Made by a program: the position numbers and the translations under genes. Under the pieces are notes generated by a model. It ran no database searches. It had not been told where the DNA came from and saw only the letters and a list, made by a program, of their open reading frames with translations. This document shows positions 50,716-62,369 of a stretch of 64,000 nucleotides of DNA, piece after piece; position 1 is the stretch's first letter; each line of letters starts with the position of its first letter. Source of the DNA: Isurus oxyrinchus (Eukaryota); the NCBI GenBank assembly GCA_026770705.1, contig JANJGN010000009.1, forward strand, positions 164,362,001 to 164,426,000. The letters run 5' to 3'.

Positions 50716-52209
50716 CCCACTGTGCCCCTTGAAACCACCCCTCGGGCTATTCCAGTTTGCCCATTTAATCCCTAACTTTGATGAAGAAGAGGTGGACGCC
50801 TATTTTTTTTATCTCTTTGGAAAGATTAGCACAGCAGTTAAAGTGGTGGGCCCCCTGCTGTTGCAGCGTAAGCTCACAGGATTTACCCCCCTCTTGCCTG
50901 AGGAAAGTGCGACCAACCATGGGGAAGCAAAACGGATTATTTTAAGTGCGTAGCAGTAAGTGCCGGAGGCGCACTTTCAGAAATTCCGCACCTCAACAAA
51001 CTGACTGACCCGACGTGCCTGAAATTTGAACGGCTTAAGCAGCTCGTTTTTGACCGGTGGGTACTGGCACTTAAAATTGAGGCCGCCTACAAAAACCTTT
51101 GTGAAACAACCCTCCGCTCACAGCCTCCATCCCCTTCCCGGTAAGAACTCACCTAGGGGAACAGAGAGCAGCAGGAGCCGGGCAGGCAGCAGACATGGCC
51201 GATGATTAGGAGCTGCTCCGCAATCCCTCATCCCAAAGGAGACCCTTCCCTAGTTACCACCACCCCCCCTCCCTCCCCCCCACCACTTCCCCACCACCTG
51301 AGAAGGATAGAAGGCGGGAGAGTGATAGGAAACGGAGCATCCATGGGAGAGAATGGGCAGCTGGAAACATAGGTGCACACCTCAGCTCAGAAAGGACAGA
51401 GCTAAGAGGAAGTGTGAGGAGTGAAAACCTGTGTGTTTTAACCTCCAAGAGGCAGGAGGCCTCCGTGCTGATTGCTGAAGGTTATGGGAAAAACCCGTGG
51501 GATTTGTAGGGAAAAAAAAAAAAAACCCTCACAGGAGCGGGGAGTCCGATAGAGAGCAGGGCAGACCAGGCTGCGGGCCTGACTACCGCAGCAAATCCCG
51601 GCGACTGTGGCCGGGATCTTCGGGCCCCGTCGTGGGTGGGACTCGCCATGGGGGAGGCGCCCCCCCCCCCCCCTCCCCCCCCCCCCCCCCCCCAGCCGGA
51701 GGCCCCACTGACTTGCGGTGGGACCGGGAGATCACAGCGCTGGGTGGGTGCAGGAAATCCTACCCTGTGAGCACGGGTGAGTTTTAAAAAGTCCCTGAGA
51801 GTTACGAGGACTTTGTATCAGAAGGAAGCATGGTCACATTACCCCAGGGCAAGACGAGTAAACCTATACTGAGGGATACAGGAGCCAGTCAAACACTACA
51901 GCTGGGAAAAGGCATGACCTTTCCACCAGAGAACGCTTTGGCTGGTAGTGATGCTTTACGAGGTCTACCAGTTTCTCAAAACTTTGAATCAAGGCAGCTG
52001 TGCTGTCAAACTTCGAATCAATCCATTGGTTTTACTCCCACATGTGGATAAGAGGATTGCCAAGGTGTTGGTATAGGGTATTGAAGGTGGGTACAGTAGG
52101 GGTTCAATGTGGGCCTCACCCACATCTACCAATTCATCCTCACTGTTCCTCTCGTCCTCCAGAACTGTTGTTATTGGACAGACCATTAACTGCTTGCCCC
52201 CTTCTCGGC

Positions 52210-55200
52210 TGTGATATTGTTTTATCATGTTGACAAGACGCAGCCAATAGAAGAGTGGCGCAGGCTAGCTCTGTGGTCAGTAGTCTATAGTTAGAACCAG
52301 TAGTGTAGAGACAGGGTTTTTGAGTTGAAAGCACACAAGTGTAGCTGCTGAGTTCCTTTATAAATAAACAGAATGTGTTCTACCTGAGAACTGTCTGCTG
52401 ACCTACTCTCTCTATTGTACCAAGTTGGCCATCCCAAAATAAGCATCCAACCGGGATACATAAGCCCAAACAAACTGGCGACTAGGATCCGACAAACTGG
52501 CAACCAGGAAAAAGCAAGAAAAAAGTGAGGAAAAAGCAAAGGTAAAATAAATTACTTTTGAGAATAAAACAAGTTAATGAAAGAAATCAACAGAAAGAAA
52601 ATCGGGCTGTACCTCGTACGGCAATTGAAAGTAGAATTTCCGTCCTAATCGTCGAAGTAGAATGCCGCAATCCAGCCATGGACAATTGGTCTCATTATAT
52701 TGAACATTCTTTTTCTAAGCAAACGACATTGCGGGGGAAGAGAAGAGGCGAGCGATCCTCATATCCACACATGGGAGTAAAACCTATGGATTGATTTGAA
52801 GCTTGACAGCACAGGTGCCTTGATTTGAAAAGTTTTGAGGAACTAGCGGACCTCATAAAGCATCACTACCAGCAAAAGCCCTCGCTAACAATGCAATGGT
52901 TCAAATTTAACTCAAGAGATAGAGCCTCGGGGGGAGACAGTTGCTTGTTATATGGCAAGTTTGAAACAGTTAACAGAACATTGTGAGTTTGGTACACCTT
53001 TAAATGACATGCTTAGAGATTGTTTAGTGTGCGGTGTGAATGAGAACACGATTCAGAAGAGATAATTGTCTGAAACAAATTTGGATTTTATGAAGGCCCA
53101 GAGATAGCACTGGCCATGGAAAGTGCATTAAGGGATTGGAAAGCCATAAAGTGAGTGCAAAATGGCGCCATCCTCCACATTGGGCAGGAAGCCCCAGCCA
53201 AAAAGGGCGCGAAAATGCAAGGCTCCACCGAGAAGCGGGAAATAGCAGACAAATAATAATAAATGACTTAGCAGAGAAAACATGGAATAATGGCAATGGA
53301 GGTGGAAGCAGACAACCTTATACTGATTGGCAATTTTAAAAAATCGAATACTTTTATTGTCATCAAAACAGACACCTTCTGAGACAGTGTAAGGAAAGAA
53401 TCAGGCAGACTTTCAAACAAAAGAAAAAACCCCATGAGATCTACAATGTAGAAGAGCCTGAAGTAACAGATTCAGATACTTATTCATTGTATAACTTGGA
53501 GGTTGGGAAAACAGAACCAATCTATGTAACAATGAAGGTAAATGACAGATCTATTAGAATAGGAGCTTCCACTACAATGATTGGTGAACACACCTCGAAA
53601 TATCTGAACATAATTAAATTTGGAAGAAACAGTTGCAAATTGAGAACTTACATGGGTGAAGACATCCAAGTCAAAGGCATAAGCAGAATTACTGTCAATT
53701 ACAGAAGCCAATCAGCAAAGCTACAAAGTTTGTATTGACAGGCAGAGGACCAAGCGTACTAGGGTGAAACTGGCTGAGGGAAATCAACCTTGATTTGTCA
53801 CAGAGATTCTAAAAGGAAGCTGAAAACATTCCTGTTTTGGAAAAGGCGTGTGTAAAGACCCAACAACCTAAAGAAATGCAGGATTTTTCCATCAAAGGCA
53901 TGGTAGGACAGCAAAAAGAAATAGGAAAGACCGTCCTGAGGGACAGAGTCCGGGTTAAGGTGAGCAACCTCCAAAAGAAAAGTGAAAACCTACTGACGGA
54001 CCTTCACACACAACCAGTTTCCCTCCTGTCTAAGCATGTACCTCTGGAAAAGAAACAGAAAGAGTTCTACACTTCTCTGAGTGAAATGAAGGATGAGTTG
54101 GCAGCGAAGACCCAACAATGTTTAATTTTCCAGGAGGCAGTACGCCAATGCAAGAAAGAGATGGAAGAGCTGAAGAAACAGCTGTATGAAGCTAAAGAGG
54201 CTTTGAGACAAAAGTTGCATAATTTTCCAAGAATCAGGCAAATGATAAAATTCTGGGAAACTCAACCACTGAGTTCACTCAAGACGAGCTTGCCTCTGAG
54301 AGTAGACTGGCCAATAGGGAAGTCGAAAAGAAGACCGAGAATAAAGTCAGTGTCAGAAAGAAGAAAACCCATAACAAGAAGACACAGAAACACAAATAAT
54401 ACTGTTGATCCTGGCAGCGTATGAGTATGCTTTCATCCTTAGGCCTGGAAATCAAATTGCAAACATTGATGCACTGAGTTGTTTGCCCTTACAAGGAAAA
54501 GGTGTAGATGTTCCAGTTCTACAAGAGCTATTTTTATTGTTGAGCTTTTTAGATTCATCACCGGTATGTGCGAGACAGATCAGAGCCTGGACAAGTCGGG
54601 ACCCAGTCTTATCCAAAGTACAAGAACAAGTTCTTCGTGGTTGGTCACAAGAACAGGAATCTGACGAAAGTCACAGCCAGGATGGTATCTTATTGTGGGG
54701 AACACAAGCGATTGTTCCTCCAAAAGGAAGAAAGCCATTGTTAATTGAACTACATAGCACACATTCAGGAATTTTCTGAATGAAGACCTTAGCACACAGC
54801 TATCTATGGTGGCCTGGGATGAATGGGGAAATAGAGAATTTAGTGAAGAATTGTGTGCAATGTCAGAAAGTTCAAAAGTTACCTCCAACAGTTCCGTTAC
54901 ACCCTTGGGAGTGGCCAGGAAAGCCAGACAACATCTGGAAAGGAGGTTCCTGACAAAGCATCTGAAGCTGTAGAACTGAGATGTTCCACAGGCATAAGGA
55001 AACCCCCAGAAAGACTGAATTTGTAAATTACTTATCTGCGTAAATAATTTGGTATTTTGAGAAAATTATAATTGTAACTGTAAAATGTATTTCTGAGTAA
55101 AGGGGGAGGGATCTGGTAATCTGCTGTGTAATATACCTTTAAGAAGAACGTTATGGTGGAAGATCACATGATCTTAGTATCCACTAGAAGAGTACCACGG

Positions 55201-55425
55201 GCTACCTCTGTGATCAGTAGTCTATAGTTAGAGTCAGTAGTGTAGGGTCAGGGTTTGAGTTGTAAGCACAAAAGCGTAGCTGCTGAATACCTTTGTAAAT
55301 AAACAGAATGTGTTCACCTAAGAAATGTCTCCTGACCTACTCTGCCTATTGTACCAACTTGGCCAATCCAAAATAAGCGTGCAACCCAGATCCAAAAGTC
55401 CCAACAAACCAGTGACTAGGATCCA
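52210..55425 (+). mobile_element. Non-autonomous Gypsy derivative (LTR-gag-protease-[coiled-coil]-RNase H end/integrase start-LTR)
   Basis: LTR copies at about 52210-52472 and 55112-55405, PBS TGGCGACTAGGATCC, PPT AAAGGGGGAGGGA; gag and integrase N-terminus are homologous to the 32381 element; RT is absent. Confidence 0.85.
53813..54399 (+). pseudogene. Coiled-coil, Lys-rich ORF replacing RT inside the Gypsy derivative
   Basis: ORF 53837-54424 (LSEMKDELAAKTQQ..EAVRQCKKEMEELKKQLYEAKEALRQKL) is in the same frame as the protease end; an alternative frame from about 54223 ends RKKKTHNKKTQKHK* at 54397-54399. Confidence 0.55.
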
Positions 55426-56195
55426 ACAATAGTCTAATGTACATTCCAGAGGAATTCAATTAGTCCGTGTTATTGGTTTTAGAACAGGTAATTGTATTTT
55501 GATGTCTCATTTTAGAAACATTTGCAATGTTTCAGGATAGTGTAAAGCCAACAGGAGATGGAGTCTTTCACACCTCCCAGGGTGTCTGTTCTGTTTCATC
55601 CCACTTGGTGGAATGCAGGTTTATATATTGTAGCCATCTGGCAATCCTCCATTGCTTTTAGAGGGTTTTGGTTTATTTTTTAAAATCCAACCAGAAAAGG
55701 AAAAAATATAAATTGTATCTTTAAAAAAAAGAGGCAAATCCTCATAACAGCTGCCACTTTTCTGTTTTCATGTCAGCAGAGCAGTTTTTTTTTCAAAGCA
55801 AATAGGAACTCCCTCCCTAACAGCACTGTGGATGTACCTGCACCACAGGGACTGCAGCGGTTCAAGAAGGCAGCTCCACCACCGCCTTCTCAAGGGCAAT
55901 TAAGGTTGGGCAATAAATGCTGGCCCAGCCAGCGAAGCCAAAATCCCGTGAATGAATAATTTTTTTTTAAATGCTGGAAATCTGAAACAAAACCAGTAGA
56001 TGCTGGAAATACGCAGCAGGTCAGGCTGTATCTGTGGAGAGAGAAAGAGAGTTAACATTTCAGGTCGATGGTGTTCTGATGAAGGGCTGTTGACCTCACG
56101 CATTACCTTTTGCTCTCCAAAAATGCTGCCTGACCTGCTGAGCATTTCCAATGTTTTCTGTTTTGAGAAAACATATGGAAGAATTGTGAATGTGT

Positions 56196-56876
56196 GGGTG
56201 GAATTTTGCCCTTGATGGGCGGGCGGGCCCCACCGACTCGGAGGAGGGCGGGCAGCCAATCGCTGCCACCGAAATGGGCCCTGTCGCCATTTTAAGTGGG
56301 CGGGCCAATTAAGGCCCCACCCAGTGTAACGCCCAGCGGGAAGCACTATGCTTTTCCTGTGCAGGGGGGGTGGGTTCCCCAACTGCCAGAGTGCGCTCTT
56401 TCACACATGCGCAGGTTAGAGCGCACATCTCCCTGAGGCTAAGTGCTGCCTCAGGGAGACCACTGACAGTTTTTGAAAGTTTAAAAATAGAAAAATAAAA
56501 AAATTAATAACATGCCCCCCTCATGTGACAATGTCACATGAGGTGGGACATGTTAATAAATATCACAGAAACTTTATTAAAGTTTTTAAAACAGACGTGA
56601 AACCTCATCCCGCCGGTGGATGAGGTTTCATGTTTTTTCTATTGCCCGCTGGGGTCCTGGCCTGCCCAGGGACAGGGTCTTTAATTGTTTTAATTATCCT
56701 GTCAATGGCCTCAATTGGCCATTGACAGGTCGGCGGGTGGACAGCTGATCGCCTTCCTGAATATTTAAATGGGGCGGGGTGATGTCGGGGGGGTCCCCCC
56801 CCCAACATCATCCTGCATCACTTTCGCATCGGCAAGCAGGCCCCACCCCCAACACGCTGACAGAAATATTCTGCCC
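56196..56876. mobile_element. PIF/Harbinger-type MITE (inverted copy of 27259-27951)
   Basis: TIRs GGGTGGAATTT / ATATTCTGCCC with TGT target duplication. Confidence 0.85.
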
Positions 56877-57329
56877 TGTGTTATGGTTCACTCAGGGAGT
56901 CTGTGTAGCTGTGACTACATGCACTTTTATATTGGCATGTTGTATTCTGGAGCTATGGTTAGGTATGGTAGAGGCTCCAATGTTCATTCCATCGCTTGGC
57001 TGACCAGGAATCCCGCCCCCCCCCCCCACCCCACCGCCCCCCCCCCCCCCCCCCCCCCACCCCCCACCCCCCGCCCCCCCACTCTCAACACCTGCAATTG
57101 GTGTGTGTTGGAACGACTTGCGGGTTGATACACAACCTGTTTGACCATGTTATGAACACACCTTCCTTGGCCATGTCCTGGGTGGGACTCGAACCCAGGG
57201 CTTCTGGCTTAGAGTTAGGGTGTTACCCACTGCATCACAAGACCCCTCTGTGAATGTGTAAGAAGAGTGAAAAACAGTATTGCATATGAATACAGTGCAT
57301 TAGACTTTGCCATGAATTTGCACAAGAAC

Positions 57330-58625
57330 ACCAGAATCAGGCAGAGCAAAACATTTGGCCACTCCAACTATTGATAAGATTGTGACTAATCCGATAGTGG
57401 CCTCAACTCCACTTTCATCTCTGCCCGCCATAACCCTTGTCGGTCACACAGCCTCCACTACTCGCTGGGGAAGGGACCTTCACATACTAACCACCCTCTG
57501 AGAGAAAAAAATTCTCCTCATCTCAATTTTAAATGGGAGACCCCTCATTTTCAAACCGTGTCCCCTAGTCCTAGAGACCCCACAAGGGAAAACATTTTCA
57601 CAGCATCAAGCCCCCACAGGATCTTATATGTTTCAGTAAGATCACCTCTCATTCTTCTAAAAGCCAATGGATTTGGACCCAAGCTACTCAACCTTACATC
57701 ATAAGATACCCCTTCATCCCAGGAATCAGTCGAGTGAACCTTCTCTGAGCTGCTTCCAATGCAATTATATCCTTCTTAAGTAAGGAAGCCAAAACTGTAC
57801 ACAGTACTCAAAGTCATATGGGCTCTGTACAGCTGTAGCAACACTCTCCTGCTTTTATACTCAATTGCCTTTGCAAAAAATGCCAACAATTCATTTGCCT
57901 TCCTAACCACTTGCTGTACCTGCATACTAACTTTTTGCAATTCATGTACCAGATCACCCAGATCCCTCTGTAGAGTAGAGTTCTGCAGTCTCTCTCCAGT
58001 TAAATAACATGCTACTTTTCTATTCTTCCTGCCAAAATGGACAACCTCACACTTTCCCACATTATACTCCATCTGCCAATTTTTTGTCCCCTCACTTAAC
58101 CATCTAAATCTCTTTGTAGACTTGTTATGTCCTCTTGCCAACTTACTTTCCAACCTATCTTTGTATCATCAGCAAATTTAGCTACCGTACATTTGGTCCC
58201 TTCATCCAAGTCACTGATACAAATTATAAATAGTTGAGGGCCCAGCACTGATTCCTGTAGCACTGTGCTGGTTACAACATGCCAACCCAAAAATGACCCA
58301 CTTTTCATTACTTCCTGCTTCCTGTTAGCTAACCAATTCTCCATCCATCATAATATGTTACCTCCTACATCACTTCTTATTTTGTAATAAAAAGTAACTT
58401 TTGATGTGACACCTTATCAAATGCTTTTTGGAAATCCAAGTACACCAAATCTACATGTTCCCCTTTATCCACCTTGCTTGTTACTTGCTCAATGAACTCT
58501 AAAAAATTAGTCAAGCATGATTTTCCTTTCACAAAACCATGTTGACTCAGCCTGATTGTGTAATGGTTTTCTAAATGTCCTGCTGTTACCTCCTTAATAA
58601 TAGGTTCAAGCATTTTCCCTATGAC
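57330..58625 (-). mobile_element. CR1 LINE RT fragment
   Basis: SQHGFVKGKSCLTNFLEF, YLDFQKAFDKVSH, SVLGPQLF, KFADDTK, WQMEYNVGKC. Confidence 0.9.
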
Positions 58626-58908
58626 AGTTGATTAAAATGTGAAAATGAAGCAGATTGCTCCACTTTGCTTTTTAATCTCTTGAATGATATGGAGGGTAAA
58701 AGCCCCAAACTACTTAGAATAACATCCCAGTCCATTAGTTAGTTGAGAGCGCAGATTCAGCTTCTGCAGCTGGCACCAGACCTCCTCCTTATTGTGAAAG
58801 TCCAGCTCAGTACCAGCTCAGAGCTGATAATGTCTTGAACAAGGGAGTCACCTAGACGAATACAACATAAGGAACCAACTGATTCAAACACAGCGCAGCT
58901 GAATTACA

Positions 58909-58993
58909 ATGTCCAAACACAGTGAATTCGTCTACTCGAGAGAGTCCAGAGCATGGAAATTGGTTGCTCTTTTGATTGTTCTATCTGTGCCAA
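58909..58993 (+). CDS. Gene C leader exon copy 1: MSKHSEFVYSRESRAWKLVALLIVLSVP
   Basis: ACAATG start, hydrophobic C-terminal half, donor A|GTAAGT in phase 1; 85 nt; paralogous to 61626-61710. Confidence 0.65.
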
Positions 58994-60232
58994 GTAAGTC
59001 TACTCTTTAAAATCTTGTTCTTTAGTGTTATTAAGAAGTACTTTTATAAACAAAGCTAATGAAGACCAGAAACTTTGATGGATTCAATCGCCAGGGGTTC
59101 TGTTGTGGTGAGCTAAAGATGAACCATTCATGGTCTTGCAAGACGTTATGATATCCATCTGCTTTTTCAGCATCTTCACATAGGGGGCATGTTTAATTAC
59201 ATTTTTACTCCATTTATTTAATAATTTCAAAAGCCCTTCAATTTCCCTGAAGCAGCTCCGTGTCTCAGGGAGATTGAAGCGCTCTTTCGTGCGCATGCTG
59301 ACCTGGCTCTCTCTCTCCTCCCCCCGCCCGCACAGGTAGCACTGAGCACTACAGCTGTGTCTTACACTGGGCAGGCTTTAAGTGGCCCACCCGCGTAAAA
59401 TGGCAGCGCAGAGCCACTCGCGGACCGCCCGCTCCCATCGAGCCTGCCCGCCAGCTGAAAAATTTTCGCCTTAAAGCTTTGCAATTGCTTCACTCAGCAA
59501 CATGCCTGTTAATTAGAATACAAGAATATAATTTTCAGCTTTCTTAGGACCAAAGATGAAAATGCTTTTGGAAAATTAAATCCTCCAAAGAAATTGGGGA
59601 AAAAATGACAAATTGACAACGTTAGGCCCATTAACTTCTATGATTAGCTCAACCGGCTGACACAAATCACCCTTCTAGTCGGAAAGTGGGGAAAAATCAT
59701 CTTCACAAGTCATAAGGAATTCCATTCTGGGAGGTAAGGTAGCGATGGACAATGATTTTGGATGGAATTTTGATTGGACAGTTATTTTCCTCTTGATGTA
59801 ACAATCTTCTTCAATGCCACTTTTCTGTTGCCATGTGGATTAATTCAGCAGGGGAAGGTTTTTTTTTGCAAATGCATGAGAGAACCTATAGTGTCAATGT
59901 ATCGGTGGGGGACAGAAGGAGGGGAGGGAAGGAAGCGGGGAGAGAAGGGGGAGGGGGAGAGTCAGGAGGAGGAGGGAGGGGCAAGGATGGTGAGGGCGGA
60001 GACTGAAGAGCTGCCTTGCGAATAAACCAACTTGAAGTAAAAGACCAGCTTTGGACTCATTCTTCCATGACAAGCACTTATTGTGATTAACATTTAAAAC
60101 TGTGAATGTATAAGGGTTTAAAACAGCAGTGTATTAGAGTTTACCATAAATATGCCTAAAAGTGAAATAGATTGCTCTGCTTTTTATCCACAGCTCTTCT
60201 GGAGGTAAATGCCCAAAAGATGTACAATGACC

Positions 60233-61430
60233 TAAGATATAGGAGCAAGACTAGACTGTATGGCTGTATGACTGTTGAGCCAGCTCTGCCATTCAATTTG
60301 AACACGGCGGGTCTTGAGCTTAATCTCCACTTCCCTGCCCATTCCCTATAGCCTCGATTCCCTGAAAGACCAAAAATCTCTCTATTCTGCCTTAAATATA
60401 TTCAATGTTGGAGCATTCACAATACGCTGGGTTAGAGAATTCCAAAGATTCACGACCCTTGGAGTGAATTAACTTTTCCTCCTCTCAGTCCTAAATGATT
60501 AGTCCCTTATCCTGAGTCTGTGCCCGTGTTTTAGATTCACCGAAAAGTGGAGACAATCTCTCAGCTTCTACCCTATCAAACCCCTTCAGAATCTTGTACA
60601 TTTCAATGAGATTGCCTCTCATTCTTCTAAACACCAGAGAAGATAGACCCAGTTTGCTCAGCCTCTCATTATAGAACAACCCCAGGGACCAATTTAGTGA
60701 ACCAATTTGCTGCACAGCCTCCAAAGTAAGTATATCTATTAACTGTGGGGGCTAAAACTGCACACAGTATTCCAGATGTGGTCTCACCAAAACCCAGTAC
60801 AACTCTAGCAAGACTTATTTATTACGGTACTCCAATCCCCTTGCAATAAAGGGTAAGTATCTGTAAGTTAACTTTTTGTGTTCCTTTGTACAAGCACACC
60901 CAATTCTCTTTGAATATCTTTTTTTTTGCAAAAATATACTTTATTCATAAATCTTCAAAAACATTTTGAACCATTTCAAAATCACCATTACAAAAGTACA
61001 ATCAGGTTCAACTGTTACAACATGAATCACAAAGTGTATCAGTACAAACAATGAATATCAACACTTACAAATTTATCATCGTTTAAAAAGTATTAAGCTC
61101 TTCCATTCTTTCAACCAAAGTGATTAACTTCACACTTTCCCACATTATAATCCATCTGCCATCTTGTTGCCCACTCACTTAGCCTGTCTATATCCCCTTG
61201 CAGCTTCTCTGTGTACTCCCCACAGCTTAACTTTCCACCTAACTTTGTATAATCTGCAAACTTAAATACATTGCTCTCTGCCTCTTCAACTAAGTCATTA
61301 ATATGCATTGTAAGTAACTGAGGCCCCAACACTGACCCTGTGGCACTCCACTATTCAGTGCCTGCCAACCTGAAAACGTCCCATTTATGCCCAATCTCTG
61401 CTTCCTATCTATTAACCAATACTCTATCCA
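60233..61430 (-). mobile_element. CR1 LINE RT fragment
   Basis: LGPQLL, KFADYTKLGG, WQMDYNVGKC, RRMRGNLIEMYKIL. Confidence 0.85.
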
Positions 61431-61560
61431 GAATATATATACCTATTTAGAATAACAACCCAGCTCTTTGGTCGGGATGGAGAGCACAGATGCATCTTCT
61501 GCAGCTGATCCCTTTTCCTCTTTGTGGAAGAAGAACTGGTCAATTCAACTGCAGTATGAA

Positions 61561-61570
61561 GAAGGAAGTG
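61561..61570 (+). promoter_or_regulatory. Candidate ETS/PU.1 site upstream of leader copy 2
   Basis: GAAGGAAGTG about 55 bp upstream of ATG 61626; absent at the aligned position of copy 1. Confidence 0.4.
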
Positions 61571-61625
61571 ACAAATACAGCACAGAGATCCAACTGATTC
61601 AAGCACAGCGCAGCTAAAAAAAACT

Positions 61626-61710
61626 ATGTGTGGGCACCGCATCTTCACTCACCAGAAGCAAGCCAGAACAATGGAATTAATTGCTCTTTTGATTCTTATA
61701 TCTGGTTCAA
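61626..61710 (+). CDS. Gene C leader exon copy 2: MCGHRIFTHQKQARTMELIALLILISGS (in-frame second ATG at 61671)
   Basis: ACAATGG strong-context second ATG, hydrophobic leader, donor A|GTAAGT in phase 1; no downstream Ig exon within the window. Confidence 0.7.
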
Positions 61711-62369
61711 GTAAGTCCCTTTTTAAAATTCTTGATCTTTAGTGTTATTAAAAGGACTTTTGTAAGAGCTGATGAAGACCAGAAACATCGAATGACTGGT
61801 AGTTTTGCTGGTGTGAGCTAAAGAGAAGCCGCTCGTTGTTTTGCAAGTTGATGTTGTGATATCCGTCTGCTTCTGCAGCACCTTCAATTTGCCTTTGCTT
61901 CTTTCTGTGCTTTCCTGCAGCATCTGATTCTTTCTGCCCTGTTGCAGCTCAGTCCCTCCCTGAAACACAAGCTCCTCATCGATGCCAAGAGACTGACCAC
62001 ATTTTTTTTAGGCTTATAACAGCAAGTTCAATGACATAGCACCTTGAACTTAGCAAAACGATCCAAGGTGCTTGACATATAGTTCCCTCAGCAAACTGCA
62101 TAGAGAAATGGAAAATCTAAAACACATTTGTCTCTCAAAGGCAAACTGTGTCAGATATTATTCTTGAGAACAGAACCATATTTGGAGAATAAAAACTTCT
62201 ATTTTTAGTTCAGCAAAAATGAATAACACCAGAAGAGAGTAATTGCTTGGAGTGTTTCTTCATATTGCTTCATACACAGACTCTGAAGCTCACGTAATTG
62301 AATTTTTTTAAGCAATTTGCACTCTGACTTGAGTTCACCAGGAATTATTTGTGACACTGGGTGGCTGTC

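Larger units (their letters stand above)
47712..51935 (+). mobile_element. Gypsy-type (Gmr1/SCAN-gag-like) LTR element 5' part, degenerate
   Basis: LTR TGTTATGAGG to about 49312, coiled-coil gag remnant, IPNFDEEEVDAYF...LLQRKLTG, protease ILRDTGASQTL. Confidence 0.65.
46892..55749 (-). mobile_element. Probable minus-strand solo LTR split into 46892-47711 and about 55428-55749 by nested insertions
   Basis: Minus strand starts TGTTATGAGG (55749) and ends TATAACA (46892), with an internal (TG)n and AATAAA; no TSD found. Confidence 0.45.

Noticed and set aside
58953-58993. ATG at 58953 as the start of leader copy 1
   Set aside because: It is out of frame with the hydrophobic WKLVALLIVLSVP segment; the in-frame ATG is at 58909.
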